NCBI RefSeq assembly: GCF_009914755.1
Contig: NC_060932.1
DNA length: 64,000 nucleotides
Source of the DNA: the human T2T-CHM13v2.0 reference genome, Homo sapiens
Strand: one strand, 5' to 3'
The first letter of the stretch is position 1. Each line of letters opens with the position of its first letter. The notes beneath the pieces were generated by a model. It worked only from the letters and a program-made list of their open reading frames with translations. It was not told where the DNA came from and did not search any database. The translations under genes and the position numbers were made by a program. This document shows positions 63,440 to 64,000 of the stretch, piece by piece.

Positions 63440-63690
63440 CAATGTGATGATTAAAATCATAGGCTTTGTGGTGAAACAACCTGGGTTTGAACAATAGCTT
63501 TTCTACTTACTAGTTTCAATCTACTAATAAACTGAGTAGTTTACTTAATCTCCCTGGGCCTTGGCTCTCTCTCTTTTTTTTTAAATTGAAGAACAATATT
63601 ACCTTAGAGGGTTATTAAGGGGATTAAATGAGATTAAAGTATATCAAGCACATGGTAAACATTTAAGAACAGTAGTGATCACAATTTTAA
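63440..63690. mobile_element. MIR
   Basis: 'cctgggtttgaac...ttacttaatctccctgggcc...ggattaaatgagatta'. Confidence 0.75.
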
Positions 63691-63709
63691 GTCTAGGAAT
63701 TCCTCCTCT

Positions 63710-63842
<133 letters not shown>

Positions 63843-64000
63843 GAATTCCTTCTCCATTGCCAACTTTGAGGGACAAAAGCTTGGATTTATTAGAGAGACG
63901 GTTGGTTTCCTTATAAGGCACAAAAAGAGCTTTGGGTTATCTACGTTGACTGTGGTGAGACACCAAATGCCATAATCTCTGACTCTTCCAAACAAGAGGT

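Overview
Primate (human-like) non-coding genomic DNA, dense in Alu, L1, L2/MIR and LTR elements, with no intact protein-coding exon I can support. Nearly all ORF-track entries are Alu, L1 or microsatellite artefacts. A CpG-island promoter at ~6.75-8.2 kb appears to drive an unidentified gene leftward on the minus strand (splice donor ~7145). On that reading, 1-7.1 kb is intron 1 and the remaining ~56 kb is upstream intergenic DNA. Other recognisable elements are a 5'-truncated SNX5 processed pseudogene with a 20-bp TSD (16074-16512), a decayed two-LTR ERVL provirus (~33.7-40.1 kb), several solo LTRs, an Alu-split MADE1 MITE and a canonical CTCF motif. The most unusual signal is five separate 110-190 bp insertions, four clear and one tentative. 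Each is a copy of sequence 1.6-3.9 kb away in this window, inserted into an older repeat without a poly-A tail or TSD. Several fold-back palindromes occur alongside them. Together they suggest recurrent local template-switch or templated repair. Repeat subfamily names come from recall and boundaries are approximate.
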